64,000 nt of DNA from a virus (lineage: Duplodnaviria; Heunggongvirae; Uroviricota; Caudoviricetes). Under the pieces are notes generated by a model, which saw only the letters and a list, made by a program, of their open reading frames with translations, searched no databases and was not told where the DNA came from. The stretch lies in IMG/VR virus record IMGVR_UViG_3300029998_000014. One strand, 5' to 3'. The translations under genes and the position numbers were made by a program. Position 1 is the stretch's first letter. Each line of letters starts with the position of its first letter. Below are positions 28,375 through 37,725 of this stretch, in pieces.

Positions 28375-28748
28375 TACTTACGTAATTTTTCCAATTCTTC
28401 AATTGAAAGACCTTCACGAGCTTCACCTTGTTTCTTAGCAATAAGGGCATCGATTTCAGCATTATGTTTTTTGACATCAGCAGCAGTTTTACGTGCTTCT
28501 TGTTCTGCAACAAGGGTATCAAGAACATCGCTTACAATAGCTAATTTCAATTTTAAAATTTCAGTATCTTTTGATTTAACTTGAGTAGCTCTACGAGAGG
28601 TCTTTTCAAGTTTTGATACTTCTTCTTGAAGTAATTCTTCTGTGTTAATAAGGTCATTAACATTAGCAGACCATAACTGCTCAACTGATAATAAACCTAC
28701 GCCAATAACGGCGATACGTAATTTTGCTTTACTCGCTTGTTTGTACAT
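28374..28748 (-). CDS. Coiled-coil protein
   Basis: 124-aa ORF. Confidence 0.45.
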   Translation of the reverse strand: MYKQASKAKLRIAVIGVGLLSVEQLWSANVNDLINTEELLQEEVSKLEKTSRRATQVKSKDTEILKLKLAIVSDVLDTLVAEQEARKTAADVKKHNAEIDALIAKKQGEAREGLSIEELEKLRK

Positions 28749-28937
28749 AAGCTTTTTTGTTTTAATTAATAATTGTGTATTTTAAAAAATGGTGTGTATT
28801 TTCACTCACATCTAATATAACCCTAAGAAGATTACTAAGTTAATGTGTGAGTATCGATCAATTGTTTCCAATTGGCTGAATCCAGCAGCGACGTCTTCCC
28901 GTTTTATACACATACGCGTTTTTACCATTTTATTTTG

Positions 28938-29023
28938 TATGGATAAAAGGATTTGAACCTCCGACCTCCGGCTAATGTTTTTGTCTTGCTGCCGACGCTC
29001 TAACCAGGCTGAGCTATATCCAA
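28938..29023 (-). tRNA. tRNA-like gene with a normal D arm, T arm and acceptor but an 18-nt anticodon loop (decoding unresolved)
   Basis: Reverse complement TTGGATA TA GCTC AGCCTGGTTA GAGC G TCGGC [AGCAAGACAAAAACATTA] GCCGG AGGTC GGAGG TTCAAAT CCTTT TATCCAT A. Confidence 0.4.
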
Positions 29024-29192
29024 AGGGTTTTTATGCTTCAGAGTACTTCTTACCCATTTGTACCATAAGTACGCAATCGGTATTAGTTACTCCATTAGCA
29101 ATCGCGTGAGCGGATACATTAGATCCTGATGCAACATATGCATTGTAAAAATCAACTAATTGTTTTTTCATTTGTTTGAATTATTTTAGAAT

Positions 29193-29483
29193 TTAATTTT
29201 TAAGTTCACTATATGTTGCAACTCCATCTTTAATGGTTACTACAACTTTAATATCAATTCCTCTTACTCCTTCTTCAGTAGTAAGTTCGTAATTTTTGCC
29301 ATTGAATTTAATATCAATAACATAACCACCCCAAGTTCCACTATAAATTCCATCAGGAAGTGTTACTTCCTGTGGAACTTTTACTGTTATTTTTGTGATT
29401 TTTCCCATCTTAAAACTTAATTTTAAGCATACGTTTAAATGAACCTTGTACTTTGACAATAAGTTCATCACGAACAGTTGCAT
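29193..29483 (-). CDS. Hypothetical protein
   Basis: 96-aa ORF. Confidence 0.4.
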   Translation of the reverse strand: MQLFVMNLLSKYKVHLNVCLKLSFKMGKITKITVKVPQEVTLPDGIYSGTWGGYVIDIKFNGKNYELTTEEGVRGIDIKVVVTIKDGVATYSELKN

Positions 29484-31566
29484 TGAAACCTAAACCAGAT
29501 AACTGCTTATCTGCCGGTGCTATCATAGTGGTGTTACCCAATACTTCAAGTACTTTACGATGTTCTGCTAATTCAGGTATTAAGTTCTCTGCGTGGAAAC
29601 TACGAATAGAAGATGGAGATTTACATTTGTCTAACATGAAGAAGTAATGTTTGTTTCCAACATTATTATCTCCCCAATGATTCGGACTCAAGCAAACTAA
29701 GTTTACTTTATGAAATTCATTGGTTTGTATATTGTAAAGTTCTCTTGAACCATTAACTGGTTCAATTTTATGATCAATAGTAAATTTACCATTTTTCAAT
29801 GTAACTTCAGCAATAGTAACCCATTGATGACATTTAGTTGCAGGATATTCATATTGAAAGATTTCTCCATCAAATTCAATTTCTGCTTTACCACGACCAC
29901 CTGTTGTTCTAAAATTCCAATTATGAATTTTACAAATATACTTACCTTCTGGCATTTTGTTAATGTCAGGAAAAGTAATATTCTCAACAGGAATATATCC
30001 TGCTGGGGCTGCTGAAGTATAATCAACATCTTGAACGCCACCAGATTGACTATCAGTACGATTATTCCAACCAACACGTCGTCCAGAACCATATGTATTA
30101 TGAACAATATCATCGGCACGATGAGAATTACCAGGCATGAATACATGTAAATCCATTAATGATTGATTAGGTTCTAGTTCATTCCAAGAATGACTAAAAC
30201 GAAATACACCATCAACACGACCACCTGATGCAGAAACTGCTTCACGTAACTGAGATTTACCAGCTAAATTACCATTGAACGTCCAACTATAGTTGTTATC
30301 CCATTTAAATATTGACTTAGAATCCGGATTATTAGCAGTAGTTAATGACACCATATTACCACCGTGATTGTTTGCTAAGAAAGCTTCAACTGATATACAA
30401 GCAGGAAGGATATCCTTCATAAATGATTCAATAGATACTTCTTTAACATCATCAAACTCGCTACGTTTGTGACGAGTTGACACAGCCGGTTTAACAGAAT
30501 CAAAAATTGATACAGATGGAATACTACCATCACCTACATTACTATGGAGAATTTCAGCAACTTTGATGTCGTCGAGAATTGCAAAACGTCGATTAAACGA
30601 TTCAGTGTATCCGTTATTTTCCACAAACTTTTGAGCTTCCTCAATTTGTTTCTTAGTAATAGGTGCGACAGCTTTCATATAGTTAGCCGGATCAACACGT
30701 TTGTTCCAAGATTGGACAGCAGCATTTAACTCTTTACCTTCTGATAACTCCGAGCATAACACTCCAAGTAACTCATTTCTGAATTTTGCAATAGGTAAAT
30801 TGTAAGATTTTATCCAACACCATGCAGCACGTTTGTTAGCAGCAAGAGCATCATATTCTTTTTTCAAAGGTATGAATTGCTCAACTTTATACAAATGTGT
30901 TTGACCATCAAGTAATGAACCTTGAATAATCAAATCTTTTACAAGATTCAATGTATCAATGTGAATTTCTTGCATGGCGCGTTCAAATACTTCTTTCGAA
31001 GATCTGAAATCAGCCATAATTGTTGCACTTGACTTACCAGTCTTATCAACATACATAGCTGGAATATCCAGGTGCATATGATTGAATGTAACTACTTCGT
31101 TAGGTTTAACAACACCGAATTTTTCAGCTTCTTCTCTGGTATAACGTTTATCGTTTTTGTCAATACCTAAACGAAACTTAGTAAGAGTTTTCTTACATTG
31201 TTCATAAGGTAATGAATTCAATTCATCATACGTTTCCGTGAAAATGTTTGCTATTGGAGCTTTACTTAAAGCAGCAGACAACGCGATTGTTACAGGTAAG
31301 AATTCACCAGGGCCTTCAAAATCAAATAATGAAAGAATTCCATTAGCTGGTGTGATTGCTACGATATTACCGTAACGACGAAGGAAATTCTTACACAAAT
31401 TACAATTGTGTTCAGAACTTTCCGGATCTCTAAACATAGGATCATCTTCAAATGATTTGAGATATAAATCCCACACTTGATCACCCGTCATTTCAGACCT
31501 GAAAAGTTTACCCACTTCACACATTAGTGCAAGTTGGGCTTGAAGTTGTTTGTTAAAATTTAACAT
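29410..31566 (-). CDS. Large hypothetical protein
   Basis: 718-aa uninterrupted ORF; no motif recognised by eye. Confidence 0.6.
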   Translation of the reverse strand: MLNFNKQLQAQLALMCEVGKLFRSEMTGDQVWDLYLKSFEDDPMFRDPESSEHNCNLCKNFLRRYGNIVAITPANGILSLFDFEGPGEFLPVTIALSAALSKAPIANIFTETYDELNSLPYEQCKKTLTKFRLGIDKNDKRYTREEAEKFGVVKPNEVVTFNHMHLDIPAMYVDKTGKSSATIMADFRSSKEVFERAMQEIHIDTLNLVKDLIIQGSLLDGQTHLYKVEQFIPLKKEYDALAANKRAAWCWIKSYNLPIAKFRNELLGVLCSELSEGKELNAAVQSWNKRVDPANYMKAVAPITKKQIEEAQKFVENNGYTESFNRRFAILDDIKVAEILHSNVGDGSIPSVSIFDSVKPAVSTRHKRSEFDDVKEVSIESFMKDILPACISVEAFLANNHGGNMVSLTTANNPDSKSIFKWDNNYSWTFNGNLAGKSQLREAVSASGGRVDGVFRFSHSWNELEPNQSLMDLHVFMPGNSHRADDIVHNTYGSGRRVGWNNRTDSQSGGVQDVDYTSAAPAGYIPVENITFPDINKMPEGKYICKIHNWNFRTTGGRGKAEIEFDGEIFQYEYPATKCHQWVTIAEVTLKNGKFTIDHKIEPVNGSRELYNIQTNEFHKVNLVCLSPNHWGDNNVGNKHYFFMLDKCKSPSSIRSFHAENLIPELAEHRKVLEVLGNTTMIAPADKQLSGLGFNATVRDELIVKVQGSFKRMLKIKF

Positions 31567-31570
31567 GATT

Positions 31571-31777
31571 TTACTTGTTACGAGTTAATCGATTTTTTAA
31601 CGTTTCAAGTTCTTTTTGAATACGTGCACGATCAGCATCAGTAAGTGGTACAATACCAGCAGTTTTAGTTTGCTTAGTACCAGCTTTTAACTGTGTTTCC
31701 AATCTTTCGATTACTGATTTGCGACGTATAATTACTTTCAACTCCATTGAGTGGTTAACTCCATTCTTCTTCTTCAT
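31571..31777 (-). CDS. Small basic protein (ribosomal-protein-like?)
   Basis: 68 aa, K/R-rich. Confidence 0.4.
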   Translation of the reverse strand: MKKKNGVNHSMELKVIIRRKSVIERLETQLKAGTKQTKTAGIVPLTDADRARIQKELETLKNRLTRNK

Positions 31778-31861
31778 AAGAACTTCTTTGTTAATTTATT
31801 AATAATATTGATTTGTTTTGAAAAAACCTATTAGCACAAAGTCCTTTCGGTATCTCTGACT

Positions 31862-31948
31862 TCAAAGACAGGCTAGGACTCGAACCTATATCTCACTTTC
31901 ATGTATGCTATTGTAGCGACTCTACAGCTACTCCATTTACTTAACCAC
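31862..31948 (-). tRNA. tRNA-like element (T arm GG-TTCGAGT-CC) with no canonical acceptor pairing found
   Basis: Contains ATAGG-TTCGAGT-CCTAG and the hairpin GTAGC-TGTAGAGTC-GCTAC, but no complementary 5' acceptor strand. Confidence 0.25.
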
Positions 31949-32159
31949 ATGCCCAACTAATAAGTTTAAAAAAAGAATTGTCAATCCTTTCCAAAGAGAT
32001 TGAAATTATATTAACCATAAAAATAATATATCTATAACTCTAATATTTGATCTATGGAATTAATGAACTCATACCATTTCAAGTATAATGCTAAGGTGAG
32101 GACTTTGGTTTCTCACAATATTTATTCACGATCAACTAATTAGCAATTCTCTTATTTGT

Positions 32160-33266
32160 TTACTGAATGATATGAGGTACAAAATACGACATGTTGTCAG
32201 TAATTCTTGACGATGTTTCACGGATACCAAAACCACAAGACTCTCCACCAATAACCCACGATCCTAAGATCGGATACATTCCATCAAAAGACGGTATATC
32301 AACAAGTTCTTGGAAGATAAATCCTTCTTCTCCATATTCACCTTCAGTTTCTTCAAGAACTTCACCATTTTTTACAAGGGTTACGTTAGCACCTTCTCTT
32401 GAGAATATTGGTTTTTTACAATAGTTACCAGGAAGCGGTTGATCAGAAGCTTTTAATACGTATGGAGAATTAGGAAACAATTTGGCTACAATAGTAAGTA
32501 AATACTTGTTGCTCATAACGGCTTTCCAAAGAGGTTCGATGAATGTTGTTGCACATACAGGAATAGTTTTTCCAAACTCTTCGTTGAACATCCATTCATA
32601 TGGATACAATTTAAAAAGAACATCAAGGTTATTACCATCAGCGTCAGTAAACAATTCATCATTCGAATGAATTTCTTCAACATCCATCAACGTTACATTC
32701 AATCCAGCTTCAGCAGCAGTTGATAGTATGTATGCAGTGGTAGTATGATCTTCAAGATTTTCTTTACCACATGCAAAATAATACATATCCGATTGATATT
32801 GTGTATGAATGTCTTTCCAACTTTGAATAAGGGCTTCATGAATTGAATTGAACTGATCATTACCAGGATATACTTCTTCTTTCCACATCCATTGTACAAT
32901 GGCTGCTTCAAATAGAGATGTCGGGGTATCAGCATTAAATTCAAGACATTTTGGAACACCATTGATAAATGCAAAATCAAAGCGACCATACAGTGACAAT
33001 TCATCACTATTCCACGAGTCAACGATTACTGGAATCATTTCAGCGGGGATATGTAATTTGTCCCAAAGATTATTATCAATAACATGTTGTACGGCAGCAC
33101 AATACATTTGATAACATTCAACAGTTGCTTTTTCAATTTCTTCAATTTCTTTTGATGAAAAAGAATACACGGCATTTTCGAGCCAATAGTTTTCATTGAA
33201 TTCGAAACCTAAATCAGATAATTTTTGTTTATAATCTGATCTAGGATTTATTTTAAGTCTAATCAT
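32160..33266 (-). CDS. Glutathionylspermidine synthase-like (GspS family) ATP-grasp enzyme
   Basis: Motif RFDFAFINGVPKCLEFNADTPTSLFEA (GspS family hallmark E(Y/F)NADTPT). Confidence 0.6.
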   Translation of the reverse strand: MIRLKINPRSDYKQKLSDLGFEFNENYWLENAVYSFSSKEIEEIEKATVECYQMYCAAVQHVIDNNLWDKLHIPAEMIPVIVDSWNSDELSLYGRFDFAFINGVPKCLEFNADTPTSLFEAAIVQWMWKEEVYPGNDQFNSIHEALIQSWKDIHTQYQSDMYYFACGKENLEDHTTTAYILSTAAEAGLNVTLMDVEEIHSNDELFTDADGNNLDVLFKLYPYEWMFNEEFGKTIPVCATTFIEPLWKAVMSNKYLLTIVAKLFPNSPYVLKASDQPLPGNYCKKPIFSREGANVTLVKNGEVLEETEGEYGEEGFIFQELVDIPSFDGMYPILGSWVIGGESCGFGIRETSSRITDNMSYFVPHIIQ

Positions 33267-33342
33267 TTTATGTTTTGTAAATGTTTTTGTTAAATAATTG
33301 AGGGATTTAACAATGTAAATCCCTCATTTTCTTTATCGAAAA

Positions 33343-33753
33343 TCAACCACCGAAACCGTGACCACCACCGAAGCTATGACCTGATGATCCAAATCCACCT
33401 GAGCGAGATGATGAACCAGTACTATGTGAACCACTGAACATTGATGAACGAGTTGGTGCTGCAGTACGGAAAGCCGGTACAGATGACGGACGAGTAATTA
33501 CATGATTTGCAGAATTACGATAAGTTCCAGAAGAAGGATAATAATGGGTTACACCTGAAGGACGACCGTTCATAGATGAATAAATCATCCAATAACCAGC
33601 GCTATTCCATACAGAGCGATTACCACTTTCATCATAGTATTCTTGCCCCGCTGTTGGTGACATAGGATACCCTGAATTTCTTCTACAAGAAGTTGCGCTT
33701 CCTGCTACCGCTAAAGCTACTAAAGCGGCAAAAATTGCATGCGTTTTTTTCAT
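33343..33753 (-). CDS. Secreted Gly/Ser-rich protein
   Basis: Signal peptide MKKTHAIFAALVALAVAGSATSC; C-terminus GGFGSSGHSFGGGHGFGG. Confidence 0.5.
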   Translation of the reverse strand: MKKTHAIFAALVALAVAGSATSCRRNSGYPMSPTAGQEYYDESGNRSVWNSAGYWMIYSSMNGRPSGVTHYYPSSGTYRNSANHVITRPSSVPAFRTAAPTRSSMFSGSHSTGSSSRSGGFGSSGHSFGGGHGFGG

Positions 33754-33784
33754 AAAAACTTTATTTAATTAAACTTAGAATTTT

Positions 33785-34921
33785 TTATTTAATAATGAAA
33801 AGATCACATCGTCTATTAGGACGATATTTCATTTTTGGATCATTAAGTTTACCACGTCCATCAGTACAAATCCTTTTAGGATCTATTCTCCAGATTTCAA
33901 CCAACTCTTTTTTAACACGAGCAACACGTTTGTCACTTAGTTTAAAATTGTAAGGTTCGTTACCAATATAATCACAATAACCTAAAATATCAACTTTAAA
34001 TTTAGGATTATCTTGTAGAATTTCTGCAAATTTAGATATAGTAATAAGAGCCCAATCATCAAGATCAGCTTTATCAAAATCAAAATATACTGCGGGAATG
34101 TCTTCAACAAGAATATTAGTATCTTTGATACAAGTATTTTCTGTCCGGTTTAACACATAAGAAGTTAAAGTATCCAATTTATCCGATTGTTTTTTAACCT
34201 TTTTATTAAGATCATAAACACGTGCAGATACTTTTGATAATTCTAATTGTAATGTATTATCTTTAACAGGATAACGTTTAGGGTTAAATTTATATGAAAT
34301 AAATATAGTTCCTAAACCTACTCGGTCATTAGTAACACCTTTCCATCCATGTAATCCTTCTAAGTTATCTTTATTAAAACATATATAAGATACCTTAGCG
34401 CCAACATCAATCCGATCTGAAGCATTATACTTCAGAGAAATTGATGTTGGCATGGTAACGGCATTGCCGTATGAATCAGGTAATGAATGAAATCCATATT
34501 TATAATATGCATAACCAATTCCTATAGACCCATTAACAGTCCATTTAGTTTTAGTATATGGAAACATTAAATGTGTAAAATCAACAGTACCATTAATAGC
34601 TATTGTAGATATTTTAGTTGTAACATTAATCAAAGAACTTTGAGCTAATGGTATAATATAATATTGAGTATTAGCATTAATAGGTACATAATATCCATTT
34701 AAACTTAAACCATATACTGGAGTTAGTTTATATTCAATATTACCACCAATTGTAGGATTCCAATTTGAGGTTGGAAATGTGTTTACAAGAGCTTGATTGA
34801 TGTCACCATCAAAACGATTAACACCAGCTTCTACTGTTGCAGTCCATTTGGAATACATTGGTTTAAAAGCGAACATACTCATACTTAATGAGAGTAATAC
34901 AATGATTAAAACTTTTTTCAT
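33785..34921 (-). CDS. OmpA-family outer-membrane protein (beta-barrel N-terminal domain + OmpA C-terminal domain)
   Basis: Signal peptide MKKVLIIVLLSLSMSMFA; C-terminus FDFDKADL...ILGYCDYIGNEPYNFKLSDKRVARVKKEL matches the OmpA_C peptidoglycan-binding motif. Confidence 0.65.
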   Translation of the reverse strand: MKKVLIIVLLSLSMSMFAFKPMYSKWTATVEAGVNRFDGDINQALVNTFPTSNWNPTIGGNIEYKLTPVYGLSLNGYYVPINANTQYYIIPLAQSSLINVTTKISTIAINGTVDFTHLMFPYTKTKWTVNGSIGIGYAYYKYGFHSLPDSYGNAVTMPTSISLKYNASDRIDVGAKVSYICFNKDNLEGLHGWKGVTNDRVGLGTIFISYKFNPKRYPVKDNTLQLELSKVSARVYDLNKKVKKQSDKLDTLTSYVLNRTENTCIKDTNILVEDIPAVYFDFDKADLDDWALITISKFAEILQDNPKFKVDILGYCDYIGNEPYNFKLSDKRVARVKKELVEIWRIDPKRICTDGRGKLNDPKMKYRPNRRCDLFIIK

Positions 34922-35200
34922 TTATTTTGTATTTTTAGGCCAAGTTAAGGCTGTTAGAATTGCTTTTAATTTTTCTTCGGTTAATAAACCATCATGATCA
35001 AAATTATGAATACAAATTAAATCTGTAATCTTTTTAGGATCTTTATGATCAGAAGAACAAATCCATATCATTTCATTTGCTTCACCAACACATCCTAATG
35101 ACAGATGCCTATCACGACCTAAGTCATAGATTAAAGCACCTGTTATTGTAAAATGTGGGAGTGGATTAAATCCTAAAGCTATTGCTTCGTCTTTAGTCAT
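34922..35200 (-). CDS. Hypothetical protein
   Basis: 92-aa ORF. Confidence 0.4.
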   Translation of the reverse strand: MTKDEAIALGFNPLPHFTITGALIYDLGRDRHLSLGCVGEANEMIWICSSDHKDPKKITDLICIHNFDHDGLLTEEKLKAILTALTWPKNTK

Positions 35201-35202
35201 TA

Positions 35203-35427
35203 TTAAGAAAATTTATATTGTTTATTAAGAAAATTATTTAAATCATTTAAAGAAATATTATTATCTTTATAAGGAAATGCTAAACCTTGTCTTTCATCTT
35301 CAATATAATAATTTCCTAACCAAAGAATTCCATTAATCCATTTATATTGAACATAAGTTTGTTCAACAATTCCTGTTTCAATTGCTTCAATTTCTTTTAA
35401 AGCAAGTATTACTTCATCTTTGGACAT
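35203..35427 (-). CDS. Hypothetical protein
   Basis: 74-aa ORF. Confidence 0.4.
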   Translation of the reverse strand: MSKDEVILALKEIEAIETGIVEQTYVQYKWINGILWLGNYYIEDERQGLAFPYKDNNISLNDLNNFLNKQYKFS

Positions 35428-36100
35428 AATTTAAAATTTTTGAATAAAACATATATCATAGCTAAAGCTACTAGTATGAAAATACCATCACCAACAGGTA
35501 CACCTGGAGGACAATCTTCATAAACATATTCCCAATATCCATCAACCCAATGTTTACCTTGACATCCCCACCAATAACTCCAATAACCTTCATGCCAAAC
35601 CCAACGACCACAATCTTGTGAATGATCGTTACATCTTTGAGCTATGTTCAATGCTTCTACTTTATCTTCAGATTTAGTTTCTGATAAAGATACAGCTGAT
35701 TCAGTAGGAGTAGATTGTGACATAGATTGACTATGTGAAGTATTAGTTAATAAGGGAATATTTGGATAATTTGGAGATGTTACAGAAGTATTTTCATGAC
35801 TATAGTTTGAAACACTTTGTTGTTGTGTTGAAACTTGTGATGAAGTAGAATTCATATGTGAAGTTATATTAGATACATTCACATTAGATGTTTGAATAGG
35901 TTCAGCTTGATATTCTACAGTAGTACTAGCTTTATAATTTAAACCAGCACTTGAGGGCAATGCTTCATACTTTGGAGTATGATAAGTAATCGTATGAGAA
36001 TCCGATTGGTAATTCGAAGGACTACCAATTGGTGAGTATAATATTACAAGTAAAATAATACTTAATAAAATACCTAAAATAGTTAAGAGTTTTTTCATAT
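35409..36100 (-). CDS. Ser/Thr-rich membrane-anchored protein with a Cys/Trp-rich C-terminal domain
   Basis: Start placed at MKKLLTILGILLSIILLV (ATG 36098-36100). Long S/T/Q low-complexity segment, then CNDHSQDCGRWVWHEGYWSYWWGCQGKHW and a C-terminal TM helix. Confidence 0.5.
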
Positions 36101-36598
36101 TATTTTGTATCAGGTTCGTAATAAACTTTGTCTGGAGTTGATGGTCCACTAAAGATTTTAACCGCAGCAAAGCCAAATACAAGTGCACCAAGTGCTACTA
36201 ATACTATAAACAGAAAAGAGTAAACAGATTTCTTTTTAAATTTTGTCATGATTAATTAGTTTTAAAAGTAAAACGGGGTGAAGATTTTATTGCCATTGTT
36301 ATTTAATTCATTCAATGCATGGACTTATATCTTCACCCCTCAATAGTTTAATAAACAACCTACGCTTAGGTTGAGTGAACTTCAAAGCTACCAACTTTTT
36401 TATATTCAAATAATGTCTTTACTCTTAAAGACCAATTTCTGAACTTTTTAGCACCCTTTTCATTAGCTACATACTTTATCAGTGTACTGCTTATGAAGTT
36501 AGGGTCTTGCTGAGAACTTCCAATAGTTTAATAGTTGCATATCTCATACAGCAACATCTATTCTTTATATTACTATAAAGTTTCTAATCAGGATTTAG

Positions 36599-37009
36599 TT
36601 ATTTATATCGAGGTAAATCTTGTTTAATTTTACTATATTCATTTCCTCCAATCATTAATCCATTTTTGTAAGCATGAATTTTATTTTCAGAATCAGTACA
36701 CCATTCAAGATTTACTAATGAATTATTTAATTTATTTCCATCTATATGATTTACTTGTAAATTTTCAAAGATTGGTCTAAATGTTAACATTACTATTCTA
36801 TGAACATGTAATGTTTTTATTCCATTTCTATTTTCAGCAGTAAATCTTAAATATCCAAATTTATTAGGAGATAATTTTAATATTTTCCCTTTTAATTTTC
36901 TTCCAATTTTAGATATTCTATTTAAACTTCTTATTCTTCCTAAATTAGAAACTTGATATATTTCTTCATATTCAGGAATGTCTTTTCAGATTTCTTCTAT
37001 TTCTTGCAT
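36599..37009 (-). CDS. HNH_3/NUMOD4 homing endonuclease with in-frame TGA at codon 8
   Basis: Minus-sense ATG CAA GAA ATA GAA GAA ATC TGA AAA GAC ATT CCT GAA TAT ... gives MQEIEEI-W-KDIPEYEEIYQVSNLGRIRSL...HVHRIVMLTFRP...NHIDGNKLNNSLVNLEWCTDSEN. Stops with TAA. Confidence 0.65.
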
Positions 37010-37216
37010 AATTATTATTTCAGGAGGTATCCTGTATGTTTTATTTAAATGTATAAGCAGTATCCTTGTGCAAAGGGCTGGTGATATACATCGAGAATAT
37101 ATTAACGACATGCCTTATGGCGGAATCGAATATACTATCTCATATAGCTTCATACGCTATACTACCTATTTATACACTGTATGAACGAGTATTTATCAGG
37201 ATTTTTTGTTGTATTT

Positions 37217-37675
37217 TTAAACTAATTCGCTAATTTTAGCGATCCGGGCTTCATACTTAGCGATTTTTTCTTGACGATTTTTCAATTCTTCGTCATAAGC
37301 TTCTTGTTTAGCTTTCATGGTTTCTTTCAAAGCTGTAATATCATCTTCTTTCGATTTGATATTATTCCAATAAATATCGGAAAATGCTTTGATCGCATCA
37401 TTCGAACTGATTTCATCCGGCTTAATAGCAAGATAAGCTTCTTCCAATGCTTCTTCAGCATCTTCTAAAGCATCGGCATGTTTGTCGGTAATTAGCGCGA
37501 ATTGAGTTTTGGCAGATGACATGTTTTGTTCAACTGCTTTGATTTTGTCGCGGAACATTTTGATTTGTTTATCAAAGAACTTGTCAACACGACCACTGTC
37601 GTCTAACTTCAAAAATGCCATTACTTTGGCTACTACTTTTTTCAATACTGGAGCTGATTCTTGTTGTTCACTCAT
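37217..37675 (-). CDS. Coiled-coil protein
   Basis: 152 aa, E/K-rich heptad-like. Confidence 0.45.
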   Translation of the reverse strand: MSEQQESAPVLKKVVAKVMAFLKLDDSGRVDKFFDKQIKMFRDKIKAVEQNMSSAKTQFALITDKHADALEDAEEALEEAYLAIKPDEISSNDAIKAFSDIYWNNIKSKEDDITALKETMKAKQEAYDEELKNRQEKIAKYEARIAKISELV

Positions 37676-37725
37676 AACTTTAATTTTTAAAAATTTAATT
37701 GATTTATTTTAATTATTTTTATTTG

